From Methanosarcinales archaeon (lineage in GTDB: Archaea; Halobacteriota; Methanosarcinia; Methanosarcinales; Methanocomedenaceae): a DNA stretch of 64,000 nucleotides. Where the stretch lies: NCBI GenBank assembly GCA_021108405.1, contig JAIOQW010000336.1:1777-65776 (forward strand), in the 5' to 3' direction. Both the position numbers and the translations under genes were made by a program. A model generated the notes under the pieces. The model made no database searches. It saw nothing but the letters and a program-made list of their open reading frames with translations, and had not been told where the DNA came from. This document shows positions 17,459 to 26,302 of this stretch, piece by piece. Within the stretch, counting starts at the first letter, position 1, and every line of letters begins with the position of its first letter.

Positions 17459-18250
17459 CTGGAAGAAGTTGCTTTATTATGTGAGGACGTTTCATTAGCA
17501 GTAGCCGATGCTATAAAAGGACTTGTTGGGTCTCCACGGGGAGATAAAGTTATTGGAATGGGGGCAGATGGAACTCCCTCAAGGTTAATAGATATCGCGG
17601 CCGAAGATGCTGCTCTTAATATCCTTTCATCCTCTGGTATTGATATGAAGATCGTTACTGAGGAAAAAGGGATAATAATTTTTGGAGATAAGCCTGAATT
17701 TACTGTAGTGCTTGACCCATTGGACGGGACATATAATGCTACTCACAATATTCCTTTCTATTCAGTATCCATAGCCATTGGAAATGATGAAATAACAGAT
17801 ATAAAGTATGCAAAAGTATACAATCTTTCCAATCGAACGGATTTTACTGCAGAACTGGGTGGAGGTGCGTTTTATAATAATAACGAGATTCGGGTCTCAT
17901 CTACGTTAGAAATAGAAGAATGTGCAATAGCTGCCTATGGATATAATAAAGGGGAAGAGGTATTTAAACGTCTGGCCAGACGGGTACGGAGGATCCGCTC
18001 TTTAGGTAGTGCCGCTCTTGAGTTGTGTTATGTAGCTTCAGGCAGGTTCGATGCTTTTATAGATCTGAGGAACAGACTGCGTCCTACGGATGTAGCTGCT
18101 GGTATACTTATTGTCAATGAAGCAGGTGGTATAGTAACTGATGGATATGGTAATCCTCTATGTATTAAACTGGATGTTATCAGTAAGGTCAATCTTGTAT
18201 CTTCCAACAGTTTGATACATAATACTCTTGAAAAAACAATAGGATTATAA
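17459..18250 (+). CDS. Inositol monophosphatase-family phosphatase (candidate NADP phosphatase / FBPase-IMPase); start uncertain
   Basis: MGADGTPSRLIDIAAE, VLDPLDGTYNA and W.IDP-like motifs mark the IMPase family. The frame is open from 17456. The 34 codons upstream of the first ATG (17558) look like the family's N-terminal helix (LEEVALLCEDVSLAVADAIKGLVG). AGGAGGA (17446-52) lies 6 nt before CTG 17459. Confidence 0.7.
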   Translation: MEEVALLCEDVSLAVADAIKGLVGSPRGDKVIGMGADGTPSRLIDIAAEDAALNILSSSGIDMKIVTEEKGIIIFGDKPEFTVVLDPLDGTYNATHNIPFYSVSIAIGNDEITDIKYAKVYNLSNRTDFTAELGGGAFYNNNEIRVSSTLEIEECAIAAYGYNKGEEVFKRLARRVRRIRSLGSAALELCYVASGRFDAFIDLRNRLRPTDVAAGILIVNEAGGIVTDGYGNPLCIKLDVISKVNLVSSNSLIHNTLEKTIGL

Positions 18251-18310
18251 TACTATACGATATAACAGGTAATTAATAGAGTTGAAAACCAATGATACAG
18301 GGGTTATAAA

Positions 18311-19138
18311 TTGATCAAGAAAGTAGGATTGGTCTCACGCTGTGATAAACCGAATGCGATTGCAATTGCAAAAGATATCATAGCATATCTAAAGAACAGG
18401 ACTGATGTGTTTGTAGATCCTTGTACTGCCCGTAAACTGAACATGGAAGAAACCCAGGTTAGCAGAATGCGGGAAAAAGGAGTTGAGATAGTGATAACTG
18501 TCGGTGGAGACGGGACTGTATTAAGAACAATACAGCATATGAGTGATCCACTTCCTGTTCTTGCTATTAATATGGGTACTCTGGGCTTTCTCGTGGATGT
18601 GGATGTAGAAGATGCAAAACAGACGATTGATTCAGTCCTATCAGGATTTACAGTCGAAGAACGATTCAGGTTCAACGTGTGGATCAATGATCATTTACTT
18701 CCTCCTGCTACCAATGAGGTAGTGATAATCACATCCCAACCTGCCAAGATGCTGGGTTACAGGATCCTGGTAGATGATCATGAACTTGAACAATTGCGTG
18801 CAGATGGCCTGATCATAGCTACCCCTACCGGTTCCACTGCATATGCCATGAGTGCGGGAGGTCCGATTGTAGACCCAAGAGTAGATGCAATGGTAGTAGT
18901 ACCCCTGGCACCTTTCAAATTAGCATCAAGACCGTGGACCGTGCCCGGCCAAAGTGTAATAACAGTTGAACTCATGCTTCCTGATAAAGAGGCCCAGGTA
19001 GTAATAGATGGACAGTATTTTAGAAATATTGCTGCAAGTGATACGATCAAGATCGAAAAGGCATTGATTCCCGCCCGTTTTGTACATATCAAGGATGATA
19101 ATATCTATGATAAGGTGAAGAAAAAACTTCATCAATAA
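18311..19138 (+). CDS. nadK: NAD kinase
   Basis: TTG start. The signature is GGDGTVLR, plus TPTGSTAYAMSAGGPIV. Confidence 0.9.
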   Translation: MIKKVGLVSRCDKPNAIAIAKDIIAYLKNRTDVFVDPCTARKLNMEETQVSRMREKGVEIVITVGGDGTVLRTIQHMSDPLPVLAINMGTLGFLVDVDVEDAKQTIDSVLSGFTVEERFRFNVWINDHLLPPATNEVVIITSQPAKMLGYRILVDDHELEQLRADGLIIATPTGSTAYAMSAGGPIVDPRVDAMVVVPLAPFKLASRPWTVPGQSVITVELMLPDKEAQVVIDGQYFRNIAASDTIKIEKALIPARFVHIKDDNIYDKVKKKLHQ

Positions 19139-19187
19139 AACTTCTGTATTTAAGTTATTATATGACATAGAGCATGCAGGTAATAAT

Positions 19188-19859
19188 ATGAAAATTGTAA
19201 TATCTATCGGTGGGTCAGTGCTGATCAGCAATCAGGATCTTAAAAAGATCCGGTCCTTTGCTGATACCATTAAAAAACTTGCAAAGGATCATACTGTTTA
19301 TGTAATAGTAGGCGGGGGCTGGATCGCCAGGGAATACATATCAACAGCCAGGTCATTAGGTGCCAATGAAGCAGAATGTGATTGTTTGGGTATTGATATT
19401 ACCCGTATAAATACCAGACTTCTTATTACGGCTCTTGGCGAAAAGGCATATCCTTTGGCCCCAACAAGTTATCAAGACGCAAGAAAAGCGGCATTATCAA
19501 AAAAGATCGTCGTGATGGGGGGTTTGATACCTGGCCAGACCACTGACGCAGTTTCTGCCGTACTGGCTGAATACGAAGGGGCTGATCTTCTTATCAATGC
19601 TACATCAGTGGATGGTGTATATACTGCTGATCCCGGGCACAATAAGGATGCAAAGAAATTTACTACTATGACTGCATCGCAGTTGGTTGATATTGTAACA
19701 AAAATAGATATTTCGGCGGGTTCCAACTCACCTATTGACCTGCTTGCTGCCAAGATCATCCAGCGTTGTGGTATCAGGACAATCGTGATCGACGGTCATG
19801 ATCCGAATAATATTATTGAAGCTGTAGAAGGACGAAATAACGGGACATTGATCGAATGA
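19188..19859 (+). CDS. pyrH: UMP kinase (archaeal type)
   Basis: MKIVISIGGSVL, VGGG..AR.Y, GQTTDAVSA and VDGVYTADP are amino-acid-kinase fold motifs. Confidence 0.85.
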   Translation: MKIVISIGGSVLISNQDLKKIRSFADTIKKLAKDHTVYVIVGGGWIAREYISTARSLGANEAECDCLGIDITRINTRLLITALGEKAYPLAPTSYQDARKAALSKKIVVMGGLIPGQTTDAVSAVLAEYEGADLLINATSVDGVYTADPGHNKDAKKFTTMTASQLVDIVTKIDISAGSNSPIDLLAAKIIQRCGIRTIVIDGHDPNNIIEAVEGRNNGTLIE

Positions 19860-20656
19860 ACTTCGGATTTAATGTTAAGGGGATCAGTTTATCATCTACT
19901 GCAGCCAATGCGACCACAAGGTCATTTGATTGGGTCTATGATCTGGAAGATATGGGATTTACCGGATGGGAGATCGTTTGTGAGGGAAATCAGGCTCTAA
20001 GTAAGAAGAACATGCCTGAAGTATTAAAAATCATCGAGACCACTGATCTCACTCTTACTATCCACCTACCCTTCTCTGATCTGAACCTTGCCAGTCTTAA
20101 TGACCCTATATGGAATGAGACTATCAGGCAAATGAAAGATTATATTGAACTGGCATCGCCTTTTGCAAGGCTTGCAGTAGTACATCCTGGTCATCTCTCA
20201 CCTCTTGGTATGCAGTTACCTGACATGGCATGGCAGAGGAATATTGAAGGACTGAGAGTTTTATGCGATCATGCGGCGCAGTTTGATATGACCGTTGGTG
20301 TTGAGAATATGGTCAATATGCATTTTATCTTTGGTAAACATGCAGAGGAAATGCTCGGAATGATCGAATCAGTTGACAGGGATAATCTCGGTCTGACCTT
20401 TGATGTGGGACATGGTAATACTAATAAGGCTGTGGATATTTTTATTGAGAAGTGTATTGATAAGATTGTGCATGTACACCTTCATGATAATAACGGAATA
20501 CGGGATGATCATCTTCCGGCAGGGAAAGGTATGATCAACTGGGCAGGGGTTGTTGATAGACTGAGCAGATTAGATGTGCAGTTCGTATTAGAAGCGCGAA
20601 GTGTTAATGATGGTAAAGCCAGTATTAATTTTCTTAGATCACTTGTAATTGATTAG
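19856..20656 (+). CDS. Sugar phosphate isomerase/epimerase (xylose isomerase-like TIM barrel)
   Basis: Start overlaps the pyrH stop (ATGA). Motifs are VHPG, VENM, FDVGHGN and HLHDN. Confidence 0.6.
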   Translation: MNFGFNVKGISLSSTAANATTRSFDWVYDLEDMGFTGWEIVCEGNQALSKKNMPEVLKIIETTDLTLTIHLPFSDLNLASLNDPIWNETIRQMKDYIELASPFARLAVVHPGHLSPLGMQLPDMAWQRNIEGLRVLCDHAAQFDMTVGVENMVNMHFIFGKHAEEMLGMIESVDRDNLGLTFDVGHGNTNKAVDIFIEKCIDKIVHVHLHDNNGIRDDHLPAGKGMINWAGVVDRLSRLDVQFVLEARSVNDGKASINFLRSLVID

Positions 20657-20670
20657 CTTAGTATTTATTA

Positions 20671-21417
20671 CTAAACCATGGAATGAATTACTGAATCAGT
20701 GGGAAAAACCACAATTCCATTATCAATTATAGTATATGGATGCATAATCTCGTCATGCTTTACTCCCCTCATTTTCAAGATCTCAATAGCTTTTTCCTTG
20801 TTCCCGCCTATTCTAAACACATGAAGCTTGATCACTCCTTCACAAAGGTATTCCTCTACTGAAAAGGAACTGTTCTCCTTTATTATCTCACTTGATAACA
20901 GAGTGGTACAGTCAAGTTTCTCAAGGTTCTTGATCATTTCCATTATGGTAAAACGTACCATTGATTCATCCGGAGATATTTTAAGTGAAGTGATGGAATC
21001 TATAAAGAGCCTCCTGGCATTAATTTCTTTGATCATCAATTGTACCTGGTCAAGCGTGCTCTTGAGCATATTTCCTTCGGGCTTTAATTGAATGGCTGCG
21101 GAATGTGCCTCTTTAATTATAAAATCCTTGTACCGGATCGGATCTACCTGGATGATCCTTAGCATATTTTCTCTGACATGCTGTTCTAAGTCCCACCCGA
21201 ACCTCCACATATTCCTGATCACTCGCGCCGGTGTTTCTTCAAAGGAAACATATATCCCTGGTTCATTCTTATCCTTGATCCCACCAATAAGGTATTGTAT
21301 CCCAAAAGTGGTTTTACCAGTACCAGGCCCACCTGTGATAAGGATAACATCATTTTCTACAAACCCACCTTCTATTAGATCATCAAGACCTGGAATAGAG
21401 GTACATACACGGCTCAT
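20671..21417 (-). CDS. KaiC/RecA-superfamily single-domain ATPase
   Basis: IPGLDDLIEGGF....ILITGGPGTGKTTFGIQYL (Walker A), and RLFIDSITSL (Walker B-like). Confidence 0.8.
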   Translation of the reverse strand: MSRVCTSIPGLDDLIEGGFVENDVILITGGPGTGKTTFGIQYLIGGIKDKNEPGIYVSFEETPARVIRNMWRFGWDLEQHVRENMLRIIQVDPIRYKDFIIKEAHSAAIQLKPEGNMLKSTLDQVQLMIKEINARRLFIDSITSLKISPDESMVRFTIMEMIKNLEKLDCTTLLSSEIIKENSSFSVEEYLCEGVIKLHVFRIGGNKEKAIEILKMRGVKHDEIMHPYTIIDNGIVVFPTDSVIHSMV

Positions 21418-21914
21418 GTAGTCACCTCTTCTACATTGTTAGAAATGTATCCGGTTAAAAATACTATCATCACTATTAGTAGAATGGCTTTCAAAGTTCA
21501 GATCCTCCCACATTAATTATACTATTATAGTTATATAATTACTTAAGAATTTCGTATTGGTATAGCTCAGATCACATACTATCTCGGTCGAAATGATTTG
21601 AAGTATATTCATGGTATGGTAATCTATTTCTTTAAACTTAAGAGTGGCTGTGCTCTTTGGTATTTCATCATTTTAACGCAAAGGCGCAAAGGCACTAAAA
21701 CGCAAAAAGTATTATTATTTTTCTTTGCGTCCTGGCATCTTTGGGTTTTTGTTATGTTCTTGCATTAGAGTAAGAACAAAATCACTCAAAAATGGAGTTT
21801 GAATTCAAATAACTAAATGATGATAATAATATGTGTCGATTGATCGAAAAGTATAAATATCTACAAACCAATTAGTAAGTGCATAGAGTTGTGTGAAAAT
21901 AAATTAAGAATGGA

Positions 21915-22181
21915 ATGATGAAAATGAGAGTAAAATGCAGGTACCCGGGATGTGATGTTATTCTACATACTACTGCTGGGCGTGACTATCATGAAGAAAC
22001 AGCTCACGGGATGATCTACAATAAACCATTGCAACCATTACTTCAACAGATGCAATTATTTAGTAATATTACTAAGATCTTTAAATCCACTGAACTGCAA
22101 TTAAAGGAAATCCTGGATATAGCTTTTGTGGATATGACAAATTCTCACATTCAACCAATCGGATTGGAATGCAACAGATAA
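21915..22181 (+). CDS. Small hypothetical protein with C2H2-like zinc-finger motif
   Basis: CRYPGCDVILHTTAGRDYHEETAHG (C-x4-C...H-x6-H). Otherwise no similarity recognised. Confidence 0.4.
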   Translation: MMKMRVKCRYPGCDVILHTTAGRDYHEETAHGMIYNKPLQPLLQQMQLFSNITKIFKSTELQLKEILDIAFVDMTNSHIQPIGLECNR

Positions 22182-22317
22182 TCGATCTTCATTCTAATTA
22201 TTGGTATAAGTTTTTATAAGCGGCTGGGTGCTGGGAGGTGCGGATCCCGCTGTAAGAGGGGGAAGGTGCGTCGGTAGATTGAAGGAATTAAAAGGAATTA
22301 TAGTTAATTTCTTTATA

Positions 22318-22542
22318 TTAAGCAATTGTATTCACAGTCACGTTTCCAATTACAAATTCCCTATTGGCATATATCTCCTGAAGACCTTCCTTCAAAGCTA
22401 TTATATGGGTCTCTATTGCTTCTTTCACGTGTTCCATTGTCTCTTCTACTGTTTCACCTTGAGAATAACAACCAGGAAGGGATGGTACCTCTGCCCAAAA
22501 GCCTCCTTCTTCATCCTTGTAAATAAGTACTGTATAATCCAT
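22318..22542 (-). CDS. hicB: HicB-like antitoxin (UPF0150)
   Basis: MDYTVLIYKDEEGGFWAEVPSLPGCYSQGETVEETMEHVKEAIETHI is the classic HicB N-terminal domain. GGAGG lies 8 nt upstream. Confidence 0.8.
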   Translation of the reverse strand: MDYTVLIYKDEEGGFWAEVPSLPGCYSQGETVEETMEHVKEAIETHIIALKEGLQEIYANREFVIGNVTVNTIA

Positions 22543-22553
22543 AATCTTACCTC

Positions 22554-22724
22554 CTATTGTATTAATATCTGAAAATCTTCCACAGTCAACCCGGCTTTTT
22601 TGATTGCTGCTCGAAGTAAACCAACTTTTAAGTCACTTGAACAGAGCAATGTGATTATCTGACCATTTGGTATCTTTATATTAATGTGGTCCCCTTTACC
22701 TTTTCGTATGGTTCTTCCTGCTTG
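22554..22724 (-). pseudogene. hicA: HicA-like toxin, 5'-truncated
   Basis: Hand translation: QAGRTIRKGKGDHINIKIPNGQIITLLCSSDLKVGLLRAAIKKAGLTVEDFQILIQ*. This is the HicA core (G.GDH..., L..G.L..I.K.AGL). The ~20 N-terminal residues and any start codon are missing, and an in-frame TAG lies immediately upstream at 22725-22727. The stop is 11 nt before the hicB ATG. Confidence 0.7.
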
Positions 22725-22726
22725 CT

Positions 22727-22993
22727 ATGATAACGCCGATGACCACTCCGAAGGAGACCGCTAAAGGCATATTCAGTTATGTGATAGCAGTACTTGTGGT
22801 TGTAGTAATCATCTCGTTTATCATATCCGGTGATATGACAAGCTTAGAACGCTGGTACAAATGGTCTCCGGCATTTCTTGGGCTTATGATGGTGGGAGCT
22901 TTTCACTATATGGGATCGAAGTCAGGAAGCGTTCGTTTTCAGGTCTTTGCTGTCGTGTCAGTAACACTCGGCTTTGTTTGTCATGATCCATAG
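22727..22993 (+). CDS. Small two-TM membrane protein (first gene of the GC-richer insertion)
   Basis: 88-aa ORF with two hydrophobic helices. It lies directly upstream of a PadR regulator, a common pairing. Confidence 0.45.
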   Translation: MITPMTTPKETAKGIFSYVIAVLVVVVIISFIISGDMTSLERWYKWSPAFLGLMMVGAFHYMGSKSGSVRFQVFAVVSVTLGFVCHDP

Positions 22994-23028
22994 AAAAGTA
23001 TATAACCATTCCACATATAGAGTATTCT

Positions 23029-23571
23029 ATGGATAGAATATCAAATCTGGAGGTTGCCGTCCTCGGACTGCTCTGCGAAAGACCGCGCTATGGCTACGAG
23101 ATCGAAAAGACGATCGAAGAGAGGAATATGCGCAACTGGACAGATATTGGTTTCTCTTCGATCTATTATGTCCTGAAAAAACTGGAAGAGAAGGAATTGA
23201 TCAAGAGTAAGACCGAAGTGGTCGAAAACAAGCCGCCCAGAAAGGTATACACCGTAACCGATGAGGGCTACAGTGTGATGAAAGAGAAGGTAAAGCAACT
23301 GCTCTCCGGGTTTGAGAGGGTTATCTCAGCATTTGATCTTGGTCTCATGAACATGTCCCTGCTTGATACGGACGAAGTAGTCGAATGCTTTGGGAAGTAC
23401 CTGCACTCGATTGACGATACCCTCGTCTTTCTGAATAATTCAAAGCGTGAAATGGAGGAATTCGGACTGCCCGAACATGTGATTGCTCTTGCGACAAGAC
23501 CGCTGGTACATGTTCATACCGAGAAGAGATGGATTGAAGACTACATGAAAAATATACTGGAAAAGGAATGA
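23029..23571 (+). CDS. PadR-family transcriptional regulator
   Basis: LEVAVLGLLCERPRYGYEIEKTIEERNMRNWTDIGFSSIYYVLKKLEEKELI...KVYTVTDEG is a winged-helix PadR signature. Confidence 0.85.
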   Translation: MDRISNLEVAVLGLLCERPRYGYEIEKTIEERNMRNWTDIGFSSIYYVLKKLEEKELIKSKTEVVENKPPRKVYTVTDEGYSVMKEKVKQLLSGFERVISAFDLGLMNMSLLDTDEVVECFGKYLHSIDDTLVFLNNSKREMEEFGLPEHVIALATRPLVHVHTEKRWIEDYMKNILEKE

Positions 23572-24419
23572 TCAATATGAATGAAGTATACGAAAATGCA
23601 AAGGTATTCATCCTTGAAAATGGAAATGAGGTTCAAAATAAGCTATTTCTGCATCTGATAGGAGAATCCGACCTGAGTTGTGCCATTGAAGCACTCAAGA
23701 GATATCAGAACGAAGACGGCGGGTGGGCAAACGGACTTGAGATCGAATATAACGGGAATGTGAGTACACCTATGACAACGGCTGCTGCGCTCGGGTATAT
23801 CTACTTCTTTGACCTGTTAGAAACAGAATTGCTCTCAAGGACGCTTCACTACCTCAAGTCCACGCAGAAGGAGAACGGAAGCTGGGATGATCCAAAAGAG
23901 ATAACGAGGTTCGAACTCCCGCCATACATGGGACCCGGAATCTATGTGGAGTTCAAGACCGGTATGATCATAAAGTGGCTGAGCCGCCTGAACCTGAATA
24001 TCGAAGATAGGGAGATGATCATAAGGGCAAGAGACTATCTCATCGAAGAATTCCCACAGGTGTCAAAAGGAGATGATATATGGTCTGCAATCGCTTATAT
24101 CAACGCTTTCGGTGAGCTGCCTCCATTAGAACAATCTGAACATATCCAGCAGATCATGGGGTGGGCGATGAGTATCCTGATGCCGGACGGACCTCCTGAC
24201 CCGGATACGGATGAACTGGAATGGACATTTGTCCAGGGCATGATCCATGATGATAACCCAGTACTCGATTCCATGAAAGAGAAGGTGGCTCATGCCATCG
24301 TGGCGAACCAGCTCCAGTCTGGCGGATGGCAGCATCAGTTCGGAATGTACAACGCAGTATGGGCAGCCATACTGATTGTCAGGTTCCTCTGGAGAAACGG
24401 GTCTATCACGATTGCGTGA
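23568..24419 (+). CDS. Alpha/alpha-toroid repeat protein (prenyltransferase/terpene-cyclase-like repeats)
   Basis: Start overlaps the padR stop (ATGA). Repeats are QNEDGGW, TQKENGSWDD and QLQSGGWQ. Confidence 0.5.
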   Translation: MINMNEVYENAKVFILENGNEVQNKLFLHLIGESDLSCAIEALKRYQNEDGGWANGLEIEYNGNVSTPMTTAAALGYIYFFDLLETELLSRTLHYLKSTQKENGSWDDPKEITRFELPPYMGPGIYVEFKTGMIIKWLSRLNLNIEDREMIIRARDYLIEEFPQVSKGDDIWSAIAYINAFGELPPLEQSEHIQQIMGWAMSILMPDGPPDPDTDELEWTFVQGMIHDDNPVLDSMKEKVAHAIVANQLQSGGWQHQFGMYNAVWAAILIVRFLWRNGSITIA

Positions 24420-24547
24420 AGACGTTCATACGTTCATACGTTCAGATATCCGGTAGTCGGCAGCAGATCGATCTGATTTGGGACAACATATATCTGTACT
24501 GTGGGATGAGATAGAACCAGTCAATAAACAAAAAGAAGAGTATAGAA

Positions 24548-25393
24548 ATGGAAAACGAAAAGAATAGCACAAAAAGCACTGTACACAACACAGATAGTTA
24601 CCTGCAGAGCCTGATGGTGACAAAAACCCTGCAAGAATCCGTCATGCGCAGTGCAATCCATGCACTCGATCTCCTGCCAGGAAGCCAGGGGCTTGACGTG
24701 GGATGTGGGATCGGCTTGCAAGCCATCATGCTTGCAGAGGCCGTGGGAGAAACTGGGCATGTCACAGGTGTTGATCTGTCTCCCGAGTTCCTGGATTGTG
24801 CTAGAAGCATTGCAGAGAAGGCAGGCATCTCTGAGCAGGTCTCCTTTCAGGAGGGGGATATGAACAACCTCCCGTTCGACAACGATACTTTCGACTGGGT
24901 GTGGAGTGCGAACTGCGCAGGATACGCAGCCTGAGAGCCCCTGCCGCTACTAAAGGAGCTCGCACGGGTGGTAAAGCCCGGCGGAAGTGTGATCATCCTC
25001 GCATGGTCATCTCAACAACTGCTCCCGGGCTATCCCGTGCTGGAGGCACATCTGAATGCGACATTATCAGGGATTGCCCCGTTTGTTGAGGGAGCGGCGC
25101 CAGAGTTACATTTTCCACGCATGATGGGGTGGTTTCGTCGTGCTGGCATGGAGGACGTTACTGCCCGGACATTCACAAGCGACGTCTACGCCCCGCTATC
25201 TGATGAGATCCGGAGCGCATTTACCGCACTTATTGAGATGCGGTGGGTGGATGTGAGGGCGGAGTTATCAGAAGAGGATTGGGCGCAGTATCAGCGGCTG
25301 TGTATGCCTGAGTCGCCGGAGTTTATTCTGGATCATCCGGATTACTACGCGTTCTATACGTATTCGATGTTTTGGGGGCGGGTCGTCAGGTGA
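24548..25393 (+). pseudogene. Class I SAM-dependent methyltransferase interrupted by one in-frame TGA (24932-24934)
   Basis: LDVGCGIGLQA (motif I), and FDWVWSANCAGYAA-TGA-EPLPLLKELARVVKPGGSVII (post-I/II motifs continue in the same frame). Track ORFs 24548..24934 and 24968..25393 are in the same frame: 24968 minus 24935 is 33 nt. Confidence 0.75.
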
Positions 25394-25671
25394 ACGCTAT
25401 AACTGTTGAAGCTGTCGATGTCAAATCTTCCAGATAACGAGACGAAACGATGCCTACAAGCACACTAATAGCAAAAGCGGCAATGATCTCGATAGCAGTT
25501 TTTTTCCGATGATCGATTCGGTGTTCCTCTAGTTGCAATTCTTTAGTTACCTTAGCGTCATGAGTTACGGTAACATCACCGCTTCTCTGCGTTCCTCAAC
25601 CTCATCACTTACAGCCTTTCTGTGAATCTCAGCCTGATCGAGCGATTCTGCCTGCAGGTGCACATTCAGGA

Positions 25672-25931
25672 CTAATCATAAACATTCTTTCGATGGCCTA
25701 TAGCAATAACCACTATTATAAGATGATTTTCCTGAATGTCATATAAAAATCGATACTTACCTACACGCAGTGACCTAAACCTTTGGACCTACCCTTCAAA
25801 GGCTTACCAGATTTAGGATACTTTAAAAGGTCCTTTAATCTTTCAACTATTCGCTTCTGAGAAACTCTATCTAGTTGAGAAAAAAACTTATCAAACTTAT
25901 CTGATAAAATTATACTGTACTTAACATCCAT
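25672..25931 (-). pseudogene. relE: RelE/ParE-family toxin with a frameshift
   Basis: Hand translation. ATG 25931 gives MDVKYSIILSDKFDKFFSQLDRVSQKRIVERLKDLLKYPKSGKPLKGRSKGLGHCV*, stopping at 25761-63. The C-terminal half RVGKYRFLYDIQENHLIIVVIAIGHRKNVYD* continues in another frame from 25767 to 25672. The start overlaps the antitoxin stop by 11 nt. Confidence 0.75.
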
Positions 25932-26160
25932 GTTTACTCAGAAAATCCTCAAATGTTATGAACCGTCCTTCTTTAATGTCTCTTAAACCTTCTTCGATAT
26001 TGTTCAAAGTTTCAGGGTCATTCATAATCTCAAGGGTGTCTATTGCTGATTCAATCTCGTCATCCAGTTTTTCAAGTGTTCCTAATAGAATATTGAGGGC
26101 ATTTTTATCCTTAATTATTGAATCCATGTAAATCGCCTGAATATAATATATTATCTTCAA
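25921..26160 (-). CDS. RelB/Phd-type antitoxin-like small protein
   Basis: The likely start is ATG 26127 (MDSIIKDKNALNILLGTLEKLDDEIESAIDTLEIMNDPETLNNIEEGLRDIKEGRFITFEDF). It is helical and acidic, and sits immediately upstream of and overlapping the RelE-like reading frame. Confidence 0.6.
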   Translation of the reverse strand: MKIIYYIQAIYMDSIIKDKNALNILLGTLEKLDDEIESAIDTLEIMNDPETLNNIEEGLRDIKEGRFITFEDFLSKHGC

Positions 26161-26302
26161 CTATTTCTAATTCTCCCTTGTTCAACTCACACACGGCAAT
26201 CTGTCCTCTCACATGAGCAAGCTGGAATCTGGAATATAAGCTACAAGTGGTAGGAATGCGAAGCATTGGCGTGGCCAGCAAAGTGATTGCCAGGAGATAA
26301 GA

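Noticed and set aside
21558-21600. GGTATAGCTCAGATCAC..., resembling the 5' acceptor and D-arm of a tRNA.
   Set aside because: I could not fold an anticodon arm, a T-arm or a complementary 3' acceptor downstream. It is probably a chance match or a very short relic.
21655-21745. Clustered ACGCAAAG / CTTTGCGT motifs (AACGCAAAGGCGCAAAGGCACTAAAACGCAAAAAG...TTTCTTTGCGTCC) upstream of the small zinc-finger ORF.
   Set aside because: It is a single locus with an imperfect inverted repeat and no second copy in the window. It is possibly a regulator site, but the evidence is insufficient.
24932-24934. The in-frame TGA as a selenocysteine codon.
   Set aside because: The position lies between methyltransferase motifs where no redox-active residue is expected. 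I saw no obvious SECIS-like stem-loop nearby. The inferred lineage (Methanosarcinales-like) is not known to use Sec. I therefore treat it as a nonsense mutation or sequencing error pending read inspection.
25400-25670. Short broken reading frames on the minus strand (…LQAESLDQAEIHRKAVSDEVEERREAV*, …KELQLEEHRIDHRKKTAIEIIAAFAISVLVG…).
   Set aside because: They look like remnants of a decayed gene at the right edge of the GC-richer insertion, but no family could be recognised and no intact ORF remains.
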